64,000 nt of DNA from Fimicolochytrium jonesii (lineage: Eukaryota). Position 1 is the first letter of the stretch. Each line of letters starts with the position of its first letter. The stretch lies in the NCBI RefSeq assembly GCF_025526975.1, contig NW_026515691.1, forward strand, positions 1 to 64,000. Reading direction: 5' to 3'. The translations under genes and the position numbers were made by a program. The notes under the pieces are model-generated. The model was not told the origin of the DNA. It did not search any database and was given only the letters and a program-made list of their open reading frames with translations. Shown here one piece after another: positions 12,110 to 22,599 of this stretch.

Positions 12110-13413
12110 CGTCCGCCACTGGTTCGAGGAGGCTATGGGGCCGGGGCCGGCCTGACAGAAGTGAAATTGACTCTGGGCCGTGTGGTTTAACTCCTACGTC
12201 GGCGAGTCTGGATTTGGGAAACATCCACTTTGCACACGAACACGAACATCACGTGAGTCGGAGCATCCACGGCAGTGACGGCACAGTCATTCGCAAACGG
12301 CATCTTTTACCAAGGTTCGGTATTTTACAAGACATGAAAGCCATAACGGAGAGAACCCTTCGCAAAGCCCAAGATAACCACGCTCGCCAAACATCACAAA
12401 GGAAGAAAACCGCTGCCCACTCTCCATCGCAACACATCTGCAAGGCATGTGCAATGCCCAGATCACATGACACATATCACTGGGTTTACAGTTGTTCCAC
12501 TCCACTTCGCTGTTGATCTCCGGAGCTCGAATGGAGTCGGGTACTCCTTCCACACACCAGGCGACGAAATTTACTTTGATGGTCAGCTTGCTGGGAAATC
12601 TTTTGCTGTTGCCAAGAGCGGGCGCAAGGCAATGTCCTGTCGATACCATGCGGTGCGATGCCGGTAAGAGAGGAACGACAAAAGCAGAGCTGCAAAGCTG
12701 AGAGTGGCTAAGATCGGTGCGAGACACTCGGAGGAACAGGTAGGTTGTGTGCGTTCGTATGGATATTCATTCAACACACTTCGTCGGCGGAAGCGCATCG
12801 CTCTGTCGGGCCGAGGGCTGGTCAGAAAATATTTGAGACAGTTGGAGCTAGAGCACATGCAAGGATGTGGAAGAGACTGCCGAAAGATGGAAGGCAGCCG
12901 CTAACAGGTCTGAAAAGGGTTTAGCACCAGTGTAAGTCCAAGGTTCCCGCAGAAGTGAGGATTTGCCGCATGGAATATGTGGGGAGCGCGATAAGTGCCA
13001 TCCAATTATTGACAGGTATTAGGGCGTTTCACTAGCCCACATAATCGGACTTTTGCTCGGATTATCTCGCGATTATCTGCCGATTATTCCAGCGCGCACA
13101 GGAACGCGGTTGCTACGCGCTCCCCGATCGGCCCCCCAAGACAGGTCATCCGGGGCCCGGCGCACCCCCCATCGCACCCCAGAAAATCGACAAAAATCGG
13201 CGGTTTCGCTGATCTGGGGTGTGCAGAAAAAGCTGCGTTTGGGGTGGTTTTTCTGCCCCACATAATCCGATTATCTGCACACCCCCCGATTTTCTCCCTG
13301 CGGCGCAGGGTCCGTGCGGCGCAGCCCTGGACCCTGACCCCTCGTGCCCCTCACCCCATGGGTCCCAGGAGTCTGAGGACGCCGAGCAACAGACTGACCT
13401 CAACCAGCCCAAC

Positions 13414-14675
13414 ATGCCTGGGACGTCTGACCGTCAGCGGGCGATCGCGGAGCTCGCCGAGCGCATTGTCCTCCGGGAGGTGGTGGGATACTTCGACGGC
13501 GGGACTAGCGACGAAGACTCGTGGGCCGGGTCGTCGTCGGAATCAGAAGCCGAGCTCGAGTTCGACATCCTGGTGGCGCTGATGAGCAAGAGGTACCTGG
13601 CTTGGCGGGACCCCGTCCCCAAACGGTCGTTTCGGGGGCTCCTGCACACCCTGGACGATGACCGGTGGCTGAACGAGGTGCGCATGAGCCGCACAGCATA
13701 TGGACAACTGCTCGACCTTGTCAAGGATCACCCGGTCTTCCAGTGCCGAAATTCCGCCATCAAGCTGCAGGAGCCCGTATCTTTCCAGCTGTTTGTTGCT
13801 CTATCTCGGTTGGGGCAGTATGGCAATGGGGCCCGCGTGGGCCGCATCGCTCGCATGTGGGGGGTGTCCGAGGGGTGCGTTGGTAACTACACCCGCCGGG
13901 TCCTCGCGGCCATTGAGGAGGTTGGTAGCCGCGGCGGCTGGCTCGACTGGCCCACGGCCCAAGGGAAGGAGCTCATCAAGGAGTGCATCTACCGCAAGTC
14001 GTTCTTCAAGAACTGCATTGGCTTCGTGGACGGGACACACGTCGTGTTTTTCCAGAAGCCCAGCGTAGATGGGGAGGATTCTTCAACCGGAAGAGGATGT
14101 ACAGTCTCAACGTGATGGTGGTCAACAATGACACGGGACGGATTACCTACGTTCACACGGGAATGTGCGGGAGCGCCCACGACGCCCGTGTGTTCAGCCA
14201 TTCGGCTTTGGCGCTGCAGCCAGACCTGTACTTCGGAGAGAACGAATATCTCATCGGGGACAGCAGGTACACCAACACCCTTACCGTCCTTGCCAGCATA
14301 AAGCAACCGCACGCGGACGTCCCCGTTAACAAGGTGTTCAACACTTACATCGCGCAGTTGCGCATCGTGAACGAGCACACGATTGGGCGCCTCAAGGGTC
14401 ATTTTCAGAGCCTCCGCGGACTCCGCGTCGTCGTGAAGGACGCGGACCCCGCCCGTTACGCGAATGCGTGGATCCGGGCGTGCTGCATGCTGCACAACTG
14501 GCTGATGGACGACGGGTATCCGCAAGAGTGGGGCGAGCGGGACCCTGATGCGTTTACGGCCGCCGGTGGTGGTAGGGTGCCGGACGTTACGACCCCCGCT
14601 TCCCGTCGGGAGGCGGATGCCCATAGGCACAGCATTTGGGACTACGTTCTTCGGAAACGCCTGGAGGTGGGATGA
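13414..14675 (+). pseudogene. Harbinger (HARBI1/DDE_Tnp_4-like) transposase with a 1-nt frameshift
   Basis: Motifs 'RMSRTAYGQLL', 'CIGFVDGTHV', 'YSLNVMVV', 'GSAHDARVF', 'YLIGDSRY', 'RIVNEHTIGRLKGHF', 'ACCMLHNW'. The frame switches near 14078-14082, where GAT TCT TC would read GAT TTC TTC in an intact gene. Confidence 0.88.
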
Positions 14676-14676
14676 T

Positions 14677-15157
14677 TGTTATGAATGGGCGGAGCCGATG
14701 GAAATAGAGGCGACTTGTGGTGCAGGTTGTTGACAGGTAATGGTATTCAGACCGAAACAAGAACTAGAACAAGACTAGGAAGAACTGGTGTTGATCTGCT
14801 GGGGGATCAGGAAGTGGGGAGCTCAGGGGAGGCGGCTATTTATGTTTTTCTGGGAAGGCTGTGGGCGGGTACGTGGGGAAGTATGGAAACAGAAGACTGG
14901 GGATGGGGTGGCTACGCTGAGGCTGTGGGCGGGTACGTGGGGAAGTATGGAGAAGGGTTTGTAAGCGCCGCGTGTTGGGAGGTGTGGCTACGTGCGGCTG
15001 CGTGGAGAAATGAAGGCAGTGGCAGGTGTGGGGTAGCGCGGCTGCGTGCGGCTGCGAGGTTTGGCAGATGTCAGGTTTTGACAGGGAATCGACATTGACT
15101 GACTGTTGGGATGCTGTCATGAGGTAAGCGCATGGTATGGACGCGTCGTCCATAACA
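14677..15157 (-). repeat. 3' LTR (481 bp)
   Basis: TGTTATG...CATAACA termini; near-identical to 19975-20504 and, inverted, to 21684-22164. Confidence 0.95.
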
Positions 15158-18100
15158 TCACCCCCTCCTTGAGCCACGGCGTCCGGATGTTGTTTTGATG
15201 TTGGCAGGCTTTGGTCGGGGTTTGTCGGGGTACTTTTGGTGGAACTGGGCAACAAGCTCTTGACATCGGGCAAGGTGTTCCACTGGCTCCCATGTGTTCT
15301 CCGAGCTTGGCCAACCCTGCCACTTGATGAGGTACTGAAGGTGCGTGCGTCGAATACGGGAGTCAAGAATGTCTTCCACAATCCATTCCTCCTGTCCTTC
15401 GACTTCTTCTGGTGGGGTGGGTTCTGGCTCAGTTCGCTCCGGAATGGTGAAACGTGGTTCAAGAAGGGAGACATGGAAGACGTTGTGAATTTTGTAGGAT
15501 GGGGGAAGCTTGAGGCGATATGTGACCGAGTTGATCTTCTCCGTGATTGTGAAGGGGCCAATCTTACGGTGATCAAGTTTCTGGGAAGGTCGGAGAGTCT
15601 TGAGATTCCGCTGTAAGAGCCAGACACTGTCCCCGGGTTTCATGTCTGGGCCAGGTGCCCTCTTAGCATCGGCAAAGCGCTTCATGCGTCCTTGGGCCTC
15701 CTTGAGCTCAGTGGCAAGCTGTTCATGGATTTCCTTGAGATGGTTGGCACGAGCTTCGGCTGCAGGATTAAGGGATTCGGTTGTGGTGGCGGAAGCCAGA
15801 CTGAATCGAGGATGGAACCCATAGTTGGCGTAGAAGGGGGTTGTCTGGGTGGCGGAGTGGATGGTGTTATTGTAAGAGAACTCAGCAGAAGACAAGAGTT
15901 CCTTCCAGTTATCTTGTTGATAGTTGCAAAAGCAGCGAAGGTATTGCTCAAGAATCTGATTGGTCCGCTCGGTTTGTCCATCGCTCTGGGGATGGAACGC
16001 CGATGAGAGGTTGACCTTGGTTCCCAGGAGAGCGAAGAGACGTTTCCAGAAGTGGGAGTTGAACTGTGGGCCACGGTCAGATACAATATCGTCGGGGAGT
16101 CCATGGAGCCGGATGACATGGTGCCAGATCAGATCTGCAGTTGACTCAGCGGTGGCAGTTTTCCTGCACGGTACAAAGTGCGCCATCTTGGTGAACCGGC
16201 AGATGACAACGAGCACAGAATCAACCCCATCACTGGCGGGTAGATCCGTGATGAAGTCCATGGAAATTGACCCCCAGGGGCGGTCAGGGACCTGCAGGGG
16301 TTGGAGGAGACCGTAGGGCTTGTGTCTGCTGGTCTTGGCTTGAGCACATACGTCGCAGGACCTGATGTAGGACTTGACAAAACGCCACTGGCTAGGCCAC
16401 CAGTAGTTGCGTGAGATGAGCTCCAGGGTCTTTGACATGCCGTAGTGTCCTGCCAAACGCGTGTCATGCATGTCCCGGCAGATCTCAGCACGGAGCTTGT
16501 TGGTGGGGACGTAGACAAGGTTGTCGTACAGCAGAACCCCATTTTCCTCGGAGAATCGCTTTATCCGTTCTTGGTCTTCTTGAGATTGCTGGGCAATGGG
16601 GGCCCTAAGCTGTCGCCGGATGGTTTGCGCAAACACATCGGATGCCAGGGCAGCTTTGATTTGGTCAAGGAGCGAGGAGTCCAGTGGGGTCAGATAAGTG
16701 GCGGCCAGGCGGAGATGGTCAGGGGTGAGGATCGTGGTTTCCTGGGAGCGGAATGCTTCTTCCCCCTCCCTTAGCTCGTATTCAGAGCGACGAGAGAGGG
16801 CGTCAGCTTGGTGTTGCTGGGTACCAGGGCGGTATGTGATGACAAAGTCAAAATCAGCAAAGAAGATTGACCAGCGGGATTGGCGGCGGTTGAGGGTACG
16901 GGTAGTCATGAAGTACTGGAGGTTCTTGTGGTCACAGTAAACGATGACCTTGTGGCGGGCACCAATGAGGTGGTGTCGCCATTGAGCAAATGAGTCTTGG
17001 ATAGCCAGGAGTTCCTTGTCGTAGATCTCATAGTTGATTTCCTCAGGAGTAAATTTGCGGGAGTGAAAGGCCACGGGGTGGAGTTGATCTGTGTCGTCGG
17101 GTTGAAGGAGGACGGCGCCAAGGGCAAAGTCGGAGGCATCGGATTCGACAATGAAGGGCTTGTCAGGGTCGGGGTGAGTCAGGATAGGTGCGGAGGTGAA
17201 GGCTTTCTTGAGGGTTTCAAAAGCTAGGTGTGCAGCGTGGGTCCATTTGAATGGCAAGTCTTTGCGAGTGAGCGTGGTCAGGGGTGCAACGATCGCAGAG
17301 TACCCTTGGATGAATCGCCGGTAGAAGTTGGCAAAACCAAGGAAGCGCTGGATGCCTTTGACATTCGTCGGGGGTTCCCATTCGGTAATGGCAGCCGTCT
17401 TCTTTGGGTCCATGGAAATGCCTTGCTGGGAGATGATAAACCCCAGGAACTCAACAGAGTCACGGTTGAATTCGCATTCTTCCGGTTTCGCATACAGCCC
17501 GTGCTGGCGGAGCCGTGAGAGCACCTCAGGGACGTGGTTGGGGTGGTTTTCTGGGTTTTTTGAGAAGATCAGAATGTCGTCAAGGTAGACCACAACAAAA
17601 ACGTCGAGAATGTCACGGAATATGTCGTTCATGAGGTGTTGGAATACTCCAGGGGCATTGGTGAGCCCAAACGGCATGACATTATACTCGAATAGGCCGT
17701 AGCGACATCGGAACGCTGTCTTCCATTCATCCCCTGGCCGGATCCGAAGAAGGTTGTAGGCTCCCCGGAGGTCAATCTTGGTGAGCTGGCGTGCCCCTCG
17801 AAGACGATCCATGATGCTGTTGATCAAGGGCAAGGGATAGCGATTCTTGATGGTGATATTGTTGAGTCCACCATAGTCGACGCACAGACGGAGGGAACCG
17901 TCCTTTTTCTTGACAAAGAGGACTGGGGCACCGGCGGGAGACTTGGAGTGCTTGATGAACCCCTTAGCTAGGTTCTCTTCAAGGTAGTCACAGAGTGCCT
18001 GCATTTCAGGCTCGCTGAGACTATAGATCGGGCCGAACGGTGGCTGTTTGCCCTCTTCTAAGTCGATGGGACAGTTGTAGGGTCGGTGCTCTGGGAGGGT

Positions 18101-19042
18101 ATCCGCGTTCTTCTTGGTGAAGACGTCCGCAAAATCTTGGTATTCTTCAGGTATGCTGGCCTTCGGATCTTTTGGAGGAGTGGTCGCCAGGGCTTGGGAA
18201 TCTGACTTGGTCGGATTGGCGTAGGCAATGAATGCCTGGTCATGCCTTGCCGCCACACGGAAAGCTGGGGCGCTGATAAACGATACGTGGATCGGTGTGG
18301 GTGCTGGGTCCAGTGTGTTGGGTGTCTGGGCTAGGGAGACTGAAATCTCGTCTTGATGGATACGGATCAGAGGTTCAGGGGTTTTTGAGGGCTTCGGGCT
18401 AGGTTCTGTTGGCAGGGCATCCCAGGAGGCGTATTGTCCAAAACCGCAATGGCAGCGGACGCAAAGAGTGCGAGTCTTCCAGTGTAGCTCCACATCATGG
18501 AGCTCAAACCAGGGAAGCCCCAGGATGATTGGCGCATGCGGGGAACATGTCACATGGAATACCACCTCCTCAAAATGGTCGTTGACCCACATGCCCAAAG
18601 GTTGGGTGTGATGGGTAATGGAGCCCGCATGGCTGGGACGTCCGTCAACCAGTTCAAGCGCAATGGGGTCCTCCTTCTTGACAAGTGGGATGCGGTGCTT
18701 GCGGGCATAACTTTTGTAGATGAAGCACGACATCGCACCGGTGTCGAGTAGTGCTGAAAGCTGAACTGGAGCTTGCTGGGCCGATATCTGCAGGGTAACA
18801 GGGTACTCGAATGGTGAGGATGGGCCCAAAGTCCGCATGGGTGGGGGTATCTCAGATAGGAGATTGACATTGTTGGTGGTCAGGAGAAGGGTGTTGCTGG
18901 AGATGCCAGGATCGGAGCAAGGTTTTGTGGCTTCTCCCTTGGCAGTACTGGCGTGGTGAGAAGGCCCAGGACAGGTGTTGCCCAGCTGCTCGGCCTTTAC
19001 TGCAGCTGGACTTGGGCAAAATCCTGGATGGGTGCAGGTTCC
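15158..19042 (-). CDS. pol: Pol polyprotein (protease, RT, RNase H, integrase, chromodomain), -1 frame relative to gag
   Basis: LLDTGA (PR); YLDD (RT); SDASDFALG/DKELLAI (RNase H); HHCC motif and D-D-E 'SMDFI..VSDRG..GQTERTN' (IN); C-terminal chromodomain 'YLIKWQGWPSSENTWEP'. The frame is open from 19042 (first ATG at 18838) and overlaps the end of gag. Confidence 0.95.
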   Translation of the reverse strand, partial: GTCTHPGFCPSPAAVKAEQLGNTCPGPSHHASTAKGEATKPCSDPGISSNTLLLTTNNVNLLSEIPPPMRTLGPSSPFEYPVTLQISAQQAPVQLSALLDTGAMSCFIYKSYARKHRIPLVKKEDPIALELVDGRPSHAGSITHHTQPLGMWVNDHFEEVVFHVTCSPHAPIILGLPWFELHDVELHWKTRTLCVRCHCGFGQYASWDALPTEPSPKPSKTPEPLIRIHQDEISVSLAQTPNTLDPAPTPIHVSFISAPAFRVAARHDQAFIAYANPTKSDSQALATTPPKDPKASIPEEYQDFADVFTKKNADTLPEHRPYNCPIDLEEGKQPPFGPIYSLSEPEMQALCDYLEENLAKGFIKHSKSPAGAPVLFVKKKDGSLRLCVDYGGLNNITIKNRYPLPLINSIMDRLRGARQLTKIDLRGAYNLLRIRPGDEWKTAFRCRYGLFEYNVMPFGLTNAPGVFQHLMNDIFRDILDVFVVVYLDDILIFSKNPENHPNHVPEVLSRLRQHGLYAKPEECEFNRDSVEFLGFIISQQGISMDPKKTAAITEWEPPTNVKGIQRFLGFANFYRRFIQGYSAIVAPLTTLTRKDLPFKWTHAAHLAFETLKKAFTSAPILTHPDPDKPFIVESDASDFALGAVLLQPDDTDQLHPVAFHSRKFTPEEINYEIYDKELLAIQDSFAQWRHHLIGARHKVIVYCDHKNLQYFMTTRTLNRRQSRWSIFFADFDFVITYRPGTQQHQADALSRRSEYELREGEEAFRSQETTILTPDHLRLAATYLTPLDSSLLDQIKAALASDVFAQTIRRQLRAPIAQQSQEDQERIKRFSEENGVLLYDNLVYVPTNKLRAEICRDMHDTRLAGHYGMSKTLELISRNYWWPSQWRFVKSYIRSCDVCAQAKTSRHKPYGLLQPLQVPDRPWGSISMDFITDLPASDGVDSVLVVICRFTKMAHFVPCRKTATAESTADLIWHHVIRLHGLPDDIVSDRGPQFNSHFWKRLFALLGTKVNLSSAFHPQSDGQTERTNQILEQYLRCFCNYQQDNWKELLSSAEFSYNNTIHSATQTTPFYANYGFHPRFSLASATTTESLNPAAEARANHLKEIHEQLATELKEAQGRMKRFADAKRAPGPDMKPGDSVWLLQRNLKTLRPSQKLDHRKIGPFTITEKINSVTYRLKLPPSYKIHNVFHVSLLEPRFTIPERTEPEPTPPEEVEGQEEWIVEDILDSRIRRTHLQYLIKWQGWPSSENTWEPVEHLARCQELVAQFHQKYPDKPRPKPANIKTTSGRRGSRRG

Positions 19043-19923
19043 TTAACCGCGACATTCGCCGTGCGTATCTTGTTCGGGCAGAGTTTGGCTATGTGGCCGG
19101 GTTTACCACAGTAGAGGCAAAGTTTGTTTGTGATGCGGTGTTGGCGCTCTAGCGGTGTGAGGGGTCCTCGCGGACGAGCAGCGTCAATGATCATAGGGTC
19201 GTCTGGGCGGTTGTCGGGGCTCATGAGGGTGGGGCTAGTGGTAACTGGCACATATGGCTGTCGGTTCCTGCTTCGCTCTAGACGGCGCTCAAACAATCGG
19301 TTGTCACATTGGATGGCCTGTTCCATCACGGTGTCGATTGAGGCGGTAGGGGGCATCGTGAGCATTAAGTCCTTGACGTCTTCTTTGAGGCCGCGACGGA
19401 AGGTGGCAATCAATGCCTGGTCATTCCACGACACATCGCATTGCAGCTGTCGGAATTCAGCTACATACTCTGTTGCTGCACGGGTTTGTCGAAGGTTCTG
19501 GAGCTTGTTTTCGGACGTGCGGATCCTGTCGCTGTCTCCAAAGACTGCTTGCATTTGCTGGATGAAATCATCCAGGTTCGTAAGGGAATGATGGTCTTGT
19601 TCGACAAGGGGCGCCAGCCAGGCCTGGGCGGTGCCAGTGAGGTAGGTGCCAATAGTTCGTATCTTGGTCTGATCGTTGGGGTAGCGCCTGGGTTGGAGGG
19701 CGAACATGAGCCGGATCTGGTTGAGGAACCCACGGAACTTGCTTCGGGTGCCATCAAATTTGTCTGGGAGACTGATTTTGGGTTCGGGGGCGTGGGTGGC
19801 AGGGGCAGTGGTCTGGGTTTGCGCTAGTTCGGCCTGTAGGGTGGTATTCTGCGCTCGAAGTTCGTCAATCGCATTGCACATGGCTTGCCAGGCTTCGGCC
19901 GTGAGGGGAAGGGCGTCGGACAT
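18997..19923 (-). CDS. gag: Gag (capsid plus CCHC zinc knuckle)
   Basis: 'PDKFDGTRSKFRGFLNQ', 'LRQT..ATEYVAEF', 'FRRGLKEDVKD' and zinc knuckle 'CLYCGKPGHIAKLC'. Confidence 0.95.
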   Translation of the reverse strand: MSDALPLTAEAWQAMCNAIDELRAQNTTLQAELAQTQTTAPATHAPEPKISLPDKFDGTRSKFRGFLNQIRLMFALQPRRYPNDQTKIRTIGTYLTGTAQAWLAPLVEQDHHSLTNLDDFIQQMQAVFGDSDRIRTSENKLQNLRQTRAATEYVAEFRQLQCDVSWNDQALIATFRRGLKEDVKDLMLTMPPTASIDTVMEQAIQCDNRLFERRLERSRNRQPYVPVTTSPTLMSPDNRPDDPMIIDAARPRGPLTPLERQHRITNKLCLYCGKPGHIAKLCPNKIRTANVAVKEPAPIQDFAQVQLQ

Positions 19924-19974
19924 GGTGATTTGGCGTGGAGGTACAGCGGCTGGGGGTTGTTGAGCAGATCAAAC

Positions 19975-20504
19975 TGTTATGAATGGGCGGAGCCGAGGGA
20001 AATAGAGGCGACTTGTGGTGCAGGTTGTTGACAGGTAATGGTATTCAGACCGAAACAAGAACTAGAACAAGACTAGGAAGAACTGGTGTCGATCTGCTGG
20101 GGGATCAGGAAGTGGGGAGCTCAGGGGAGGCGGCTATTTATGTTTTTCTGGGAAGGCTGGGGAAGCGTGGGGAAGCAGAAGGGTACGGAATGAGAGGGAA
20201 GCCAAGAGAAGCGCCAAGGGTGGGGAAGCATAGAAACAGAAGACTGGGGATGGGGTGGCTACGCTGAGGCTGTGGGCGGGTACGTGGGGAAGTATGGAGA
20301 AGGGTTTGTAAGCGCCGAGTGTTGGGAGGTGTGGCTACGTGCGGCTGCGTGGAGAAATGAAGGCAGTGGCAGGTGTGGGGTAGCGCGGCTGCGTGCGGCT
20401 GCGAGGTTTGGCAGATGTCAGGTTTTGACAGGGAATTGACATTGACTGACTGTTGGGATGCTGTCATGAGGTAAGCGCATGGTATGGACGCGTCGTCCAT
20501 AACA
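19975..20504 (-). repeat. 5' LTR (530 bp)
   Basis: Same termini as the 3' LTR, with a longer and different internal block around 20160-20232. Confidence 0.95.
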
Positions 20505-20589
20505 ATGATAGGGGCGCGTGGCGCAAGGTGTATTGTATTTGTTCCCGCAAGCGCTATAACTAAGAATGCTGTTTCTGCCGACTATATAT

Positions 20590-22164
20590 TCACGGATCTA
20601 CCCGCCAGTGATGGGGTTGATTCTGTGCTCGTTGTCATCTGCCGGTTCACCAAGATGGCGCACTTTGTACCGTGCAGGAAAACTGCCACCGCTGAGTCAA
20701 CTGCAGATCTGATCTGGCACCATGTCATCCGGCTCCATGGACTCCCCGACGATATTGTATCTGACCGTGGCCCACAGTTCAACTCCCACTTCTGGAAACG
20801 TCTCTTCGCTCTCCTGGGAACCAAGGTCAACCTCTCATCGGCGTTCCATCCCCAGAGCGATGGACAAACCGAGCGGACCAATCAGATTCTTGAGCAATAC
20901 CTTCGCTGCTTTTGCAACTATCAACAAGATAACTGGAAGGAACTCTTGTCTTCTGCTGAGTTCTCTTACAATAACACCATCCACTCCGCCACCCAGACAA
21001 CCCCCTTCTACGCCAACTATGGGTTCCATCCTCGATTCAGTCTGGCTTCCGCCACCACAACCGAATCCCTTAATCCTGCAGCCGAAGCTCGTGCCAACCA
21101 TCTCAAGGAAATCCATGAACAGCTTGCCACTGAGCTCAAGGAGGCCCAAGGACGCATGAAGCGCTTTGCCGATGCTAAGAGGGCACCTGGCCCAGACATG
21201 AAACCCGGGGACAGTGTCTGGCTCTTACAGCGGAATCTCAAGACTCTCCGACCTTCCCAGAAACTTGATCACCGTAAGATTGGCCCCTTCACAATCACGG
21301 AGAAGATCAACTCGGTCACATATCGCCTCAAGCTTCCCCCATCCTACAAAATTCACAACGTCTTCCATGTCTCCCTTCTTGAACCACGTTTCACCATTCC
21401 GGAGCGAACTGAGCCAGAACCCACCCCACCAGAAGAAGTCGAAGGACAGGAGGAATGGATTGTGGAAGACATTCTTGACTCCCGTATTCGACGCACGCAC
21501 CTTCAGTACCTCATCAAGTGGCAGGGTTGGCCAAGCTCGGAGAACACATGGGAGCCAGTGGAACACCTTGCCCGATGTCAAGAGCTTGTTGCCCAGTTCC
21601 ACCAAAAGTACCCCGACAAACCCCGACCAAAGCCTGCCAACATCAAAACAACATCCGGACGCCGTGGCTCAAGGAGGGGGTGATGTTATGGACGACGCGT
21701 CCATACCATGCGCTTACCTCATGACAGCATCCCAACAGTCAGTCAATGTCAATTCACTGTCAAAACCTGACATCTGCCAAACCTCGCAGCCGCACGCAGC
21801 CGCGCTACCCCACACCTGCCACTGCCTTCATTTCTCCACGCAGCCGCACGTAGCCACACCTCCCAACACTCGGCGCTTACAAACCCTTCTCCATACTTCC
21901 CCACGTACCCGCCCACAGCCTCAGCGTAGCCACCCCATCCCCAGTCTTCTGTTTCCATACTTCCCCACGTACTCGCCCACAGCCTTCCCAGAAAAACATA
22001 AATAGCCGCCTCCCCTGAGCTCCCCACTTCCTGATCCCCCAGCAGATCAACACCAGTTCTTCCTAGTCTTGTTCTAGTTCTTGTTTCGGTCTGAATACCA
22101 TTACCTGTCAACAACCTGCACCACAAGTCGCCTCTATTTCCATCGGCTCCGCCCATTCATAACA
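20590..22164 (+). mobile_element. 5'-truncated second copy of the same chromovirus (integrase core, chromodomain, PPT, LTR 21684-22164), inverted orientation
   Basis: Reverse complement of 14677-16251 (1575 bp) with the same integrase/chromodomain translation; no matching TSD at the left junction. Confidence 0.93.
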
Positions 22165-22560
22165 TGACAGGGGCGGCGGAGTCAAGTCTCCGCCCGTCGT
22201 GGCGAGTTGCTTGGACATAGAGGGGGCTTAGAGGCGTGCCCACCCCAACTTTTATGGGTGGATGTAGACCGCGGAGGAGCGAGCACCGGACGGTGTGGGG
22301 TGCACGCGCGGGCTGAAACATGTGGGGGTAGTGGGGTGTGGGGGGACCGGCGAGCCCTACCGCTGGGACGCGTGGGAGACGCCCACCACGCAGGGGCGGG
22401 GGGAGCAGGTTAGAGGGACGGGCCGAGCTGGTCCCGGGGGGACATAGAGTCAACAGGCATCATATTTCTGACATATGCGAGTTACCATGGAACACCTTTA
22501 AATCCATGCATGGTATAGGCGGGAGTACGGGGCCCACGTCGCCAGAGGTAGAGGTGCGGA

Positions 22561-22580
22561 GGGGGGGGGGGGGGGGGGGG
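22561..22580. repeat. Poly-G tract (20 nt) just beyond the Harbinger ORF2 stop codon
   Basis: Read directly from the sequence. Confidence 0.9.
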
Positions 22581-22599
22581 ACGCGCTCGTCAAACCAGC

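Larger units (their letters stand above)
14677..20504 (-). mobile_element. Full-length Ty3/Gypsy chromovirus LTR retrotransposon (5828 bp)
   Basis: TG...CA LTRs at 14677-15157 and 19975-20504; 5-bp TSD ATGAT (14672-14676 and 20505-20509); polypurine tract AAGGAGGGGGTGA next to the 3' LTR; gag followed by PR-RT-RH-IN-chromodomain. Confidence 0.97.

Noticed and set aside
12250..12910. Possible small spliced gene between the PPR gene and the Harbinger
   Set aside because: Some splice-like signals are present, but I could not build a convincing reading frame or recognise a domain.
20484..21683. 399-aa ORF as a domesticated standalone integrase gene
   Set aside because: Its start comes from antisense LTR sequence plus Harbinger spacer fused by chance to a truncated pol. 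It lacks the HHCC domain and the first catalytic Asp motif (SMDFI).
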